DNA of 63,241 nucleotides, filler included, from Caldilineae bacterium (GTDB lineage: Bacteria; Chloroflexota; Anaerolineae; DTLA01), in assembly GCA_037446815.1 (NCBI GenBank). It is 3 parts of 3 records of this genome, joined end to end, with 100 filler letters (N's around TTAATTAATTAA, not from the genome) between each part and the next. Parts side by side here need not be neighbours in the genome. Positions count along the whole stretch, not along the records: positions 43,233 to 63,241 come from JBBIHX010000043.1; 2 more parts are not named here. The stretch is one strand, 5' to 3'. The first letter of the stretch is position 1. Each line of letters begins with the position of its first letter. Below are positions 61,915-63,241 of the stretch, one piece after another. The notes under the pieces are model-generated. The model did no database searches and had not been told where the DNA came from. It saw only the letters and a program-made list of their open reading frames with translations. Made by a program: the position numbers and the translations under genes.

Positions 61915-62751
61915 CTACTGGGTCCGAACAGGTTCCGGCCGAATCCGCCGAACCTTGTTGAGCGTTTCGGTGTGGCTGATGCCGGGCATCAACACGGCAG
62001 CCAGCCCGATCTCGCGGGCAATATCGTCGGCGCAGGCGCGCACCACGGGCCCCAGTTCCAGCATCCGGTCCATCGGCAGGCGGAAGGCCGGCCCGGCCAC
62101 CGCCACCACGGCCACAGGCCTGCCCCGCGGGTCCAGGATGGGCGCGGCTACCGCATTGATGCCGTCCTCATACTCCGACTGAGCAATGGCAAACCCGCGC
62201 TCGCGGGTGGCGCGAAGGTCGGCAAGAAAATCGTCCGGGGAAACGATGGTGTGCTCGGTGTATCGCCGCAGCCCCTGAATCATGATCTGGCGCACCTGGG
62301 CCTCGGGCAGATAGGCCATGACCGCCTTGCCCGATGACGTGCAACACGCAGGCAAGCGCTGGCCGGGGGCGGCGGCCAACTTCACCCGCTGCGGACTCTC
62401 AATGACGTCCAGGTACACAATATCGGTCCCGTCCAACACGCCCAGGTCCACCGTTTCGCGGCACTGCTCGCTCAACTGGCGCAAAAAAGGCCACGCGTGC
62501 CGCCGGATGTCCATCGTCTCCAGCGCCAGCATAGCCAGTTCAAGGACCCGCAGGCCCAGGCGATACTTGCCCGTAGCCTCATCGTGCTGCACGAACCCTC
62601 TGTGCTCCAGGGTAGCCAGGACGCGATGCACGGTGGTCTTGTGCAGTTCCACGCGTTCAGAGACCTCGGTCAGCGTCAACTCCGGCTCCTCGCGCGAGAA
62701 GCACAAGAGTATGTCCAACGCCCTATCCACAGCGCGAATCGGCTTGCTCAA
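61915..62751 (-). CDS. IclR family transcriptional regulator
   Basis: VDRALDIL, KTTVHRVL.TL, CTSSGKA, AVAAPI. Clear paralogue of 53993-54775. Confidence 0.95.
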   Translation of the reverse strand: MSKPIRAVDRALDILLCFSREEPELTLTEVSERVELHKTTVHRVLATLEHRGFVQHDEATGKYRLGLRVLELAMLALETMDIRRHAWPFLRQLSEQCRETVDLGVLDGTDIVYLDVIESPQRVKLAAAPGQRLPACCTSSGKAVMAYLPEAQVRQIMIQGLRRYTEHTIVSPDDFLADLRATRERGFAIAQSEYEDGINAVAAPILDPRGRPVAVVAVAGPAFRLPMDRMLELGPVVRACADDIAREIGLAAVLMPGISHTETLNKVRRIRPEPVRTQ

Positions 62752-62785
62752 AGCCTATCCTCCATCGGAAGACGTGGCTGCGGCG

Positions 62786-62846
62786 GTTGCACACCGTGCA
62801 ACTCGGTTGCACAGCATAGTATAGCACAGAATCCGCGCCGTGTCAA
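62786..62846 (-). promoter_or_regulatory. sigma70 promoter with a putative IclR operator
   Basis: TTGACA (62846-62841)-17-TATACT (62823-62818). Inverted repeat GTTGCA-N5-TGCAAC (62786-62802) plus a half site at 62806. Confidence 0.8.
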
Positions 62847-62861
62847 GTACCTATCGCACGA

Positions 62862-63013
62862 GATTCGGGTTCCAAAGCCTGTTGGCATCTACCGTCATTC
62901 TGAGCGGCGAAGCCGCGAAGAATCTCGCTGCCCGAGATGCTTCGCCTTCGGCTCAGCATGACAGAGTGGGGAGGCGGCGCGGGGAGCAGACCAACACAAG
63001 ATGAAACCGACTC
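62862..63013 (+). mobile_element. MITE-like element, cargo type B, followed by a degenerate second left end at 63022
   Basis: GATTCGGGTTCCAAAGCCTGTTGG...CCAACACAAGATGAAACCGACTC. Flanks TCGCACGA and TCGCACGT match 7/8. Confidence 0.82.
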
Positions 63014-63241
63014 TCGCACGTGATTCGGCTCCGGAGGGTGTCGGCTTCCACGGTCATCCCGAGCGGCGCAGCCGCGAGGAATCTCCCGCCCCACCCGCGC
63101 AATCCGTGGAGACAACGTCCGACGCACCTTGGAGGCGCGTCGCACGTTCTCCATTCGCGTGGATTCGCGGCTTCAAAAACTGTCATTCTGAGGCGCGAAG
63201 CGCCGAAGAATCTCCCATCCTATTCGTGTAGATTCGTGTTA

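Overview
GC-rich bacterial sequence, probably Chloroflexota (Anaerolineae-like); this is inferred from gene content only. The window joins three contigs (1-21812, 21913-43132, 43233-63241) with artificial N/TTAATTAATTAA spacers and has a 100-N gap at 7234-7333, so gene order across the joins means nothing. Contig 1 is housekeeping DNA: dprA-manC-topA-xerC-aminopeptidase P, dGTPase, sfsA, dinB, a PIG-L deacetylase, scpA, mreBC, a Fic protein, and a selenocysteine peroxiredoxin that the ORF track splits at an in-frame UGA. Contig 2 has a WYL regulator, a NarL-type two-component system, tdh-kbl, abfD, a divergent orphan TrpD and an archaeal-type mevalonate module (AcnX large and small subunits plus isopentenyl-phosphate kinase). 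Contig 3 is a 19-kb minus-strand catabolic island: two IclR regulators, a Liv-type ABC transporter, IolN/IolM homologues, a U32-like protein, AOR/MoaD, an OYE and several dehydrogenases. The most striking unannotated signal is a family of ~150-bp MITE-like elements with shared terminal inverted repeats, 8-bp target-site duplications and interchangeable REP-like palindromic cargo. In seven cases the element ends exactly 15 bp upstream of a sigma70 -35 hexamer, which suggests promoter-targeted, Mutator-like (p-MULT) mobilisation.
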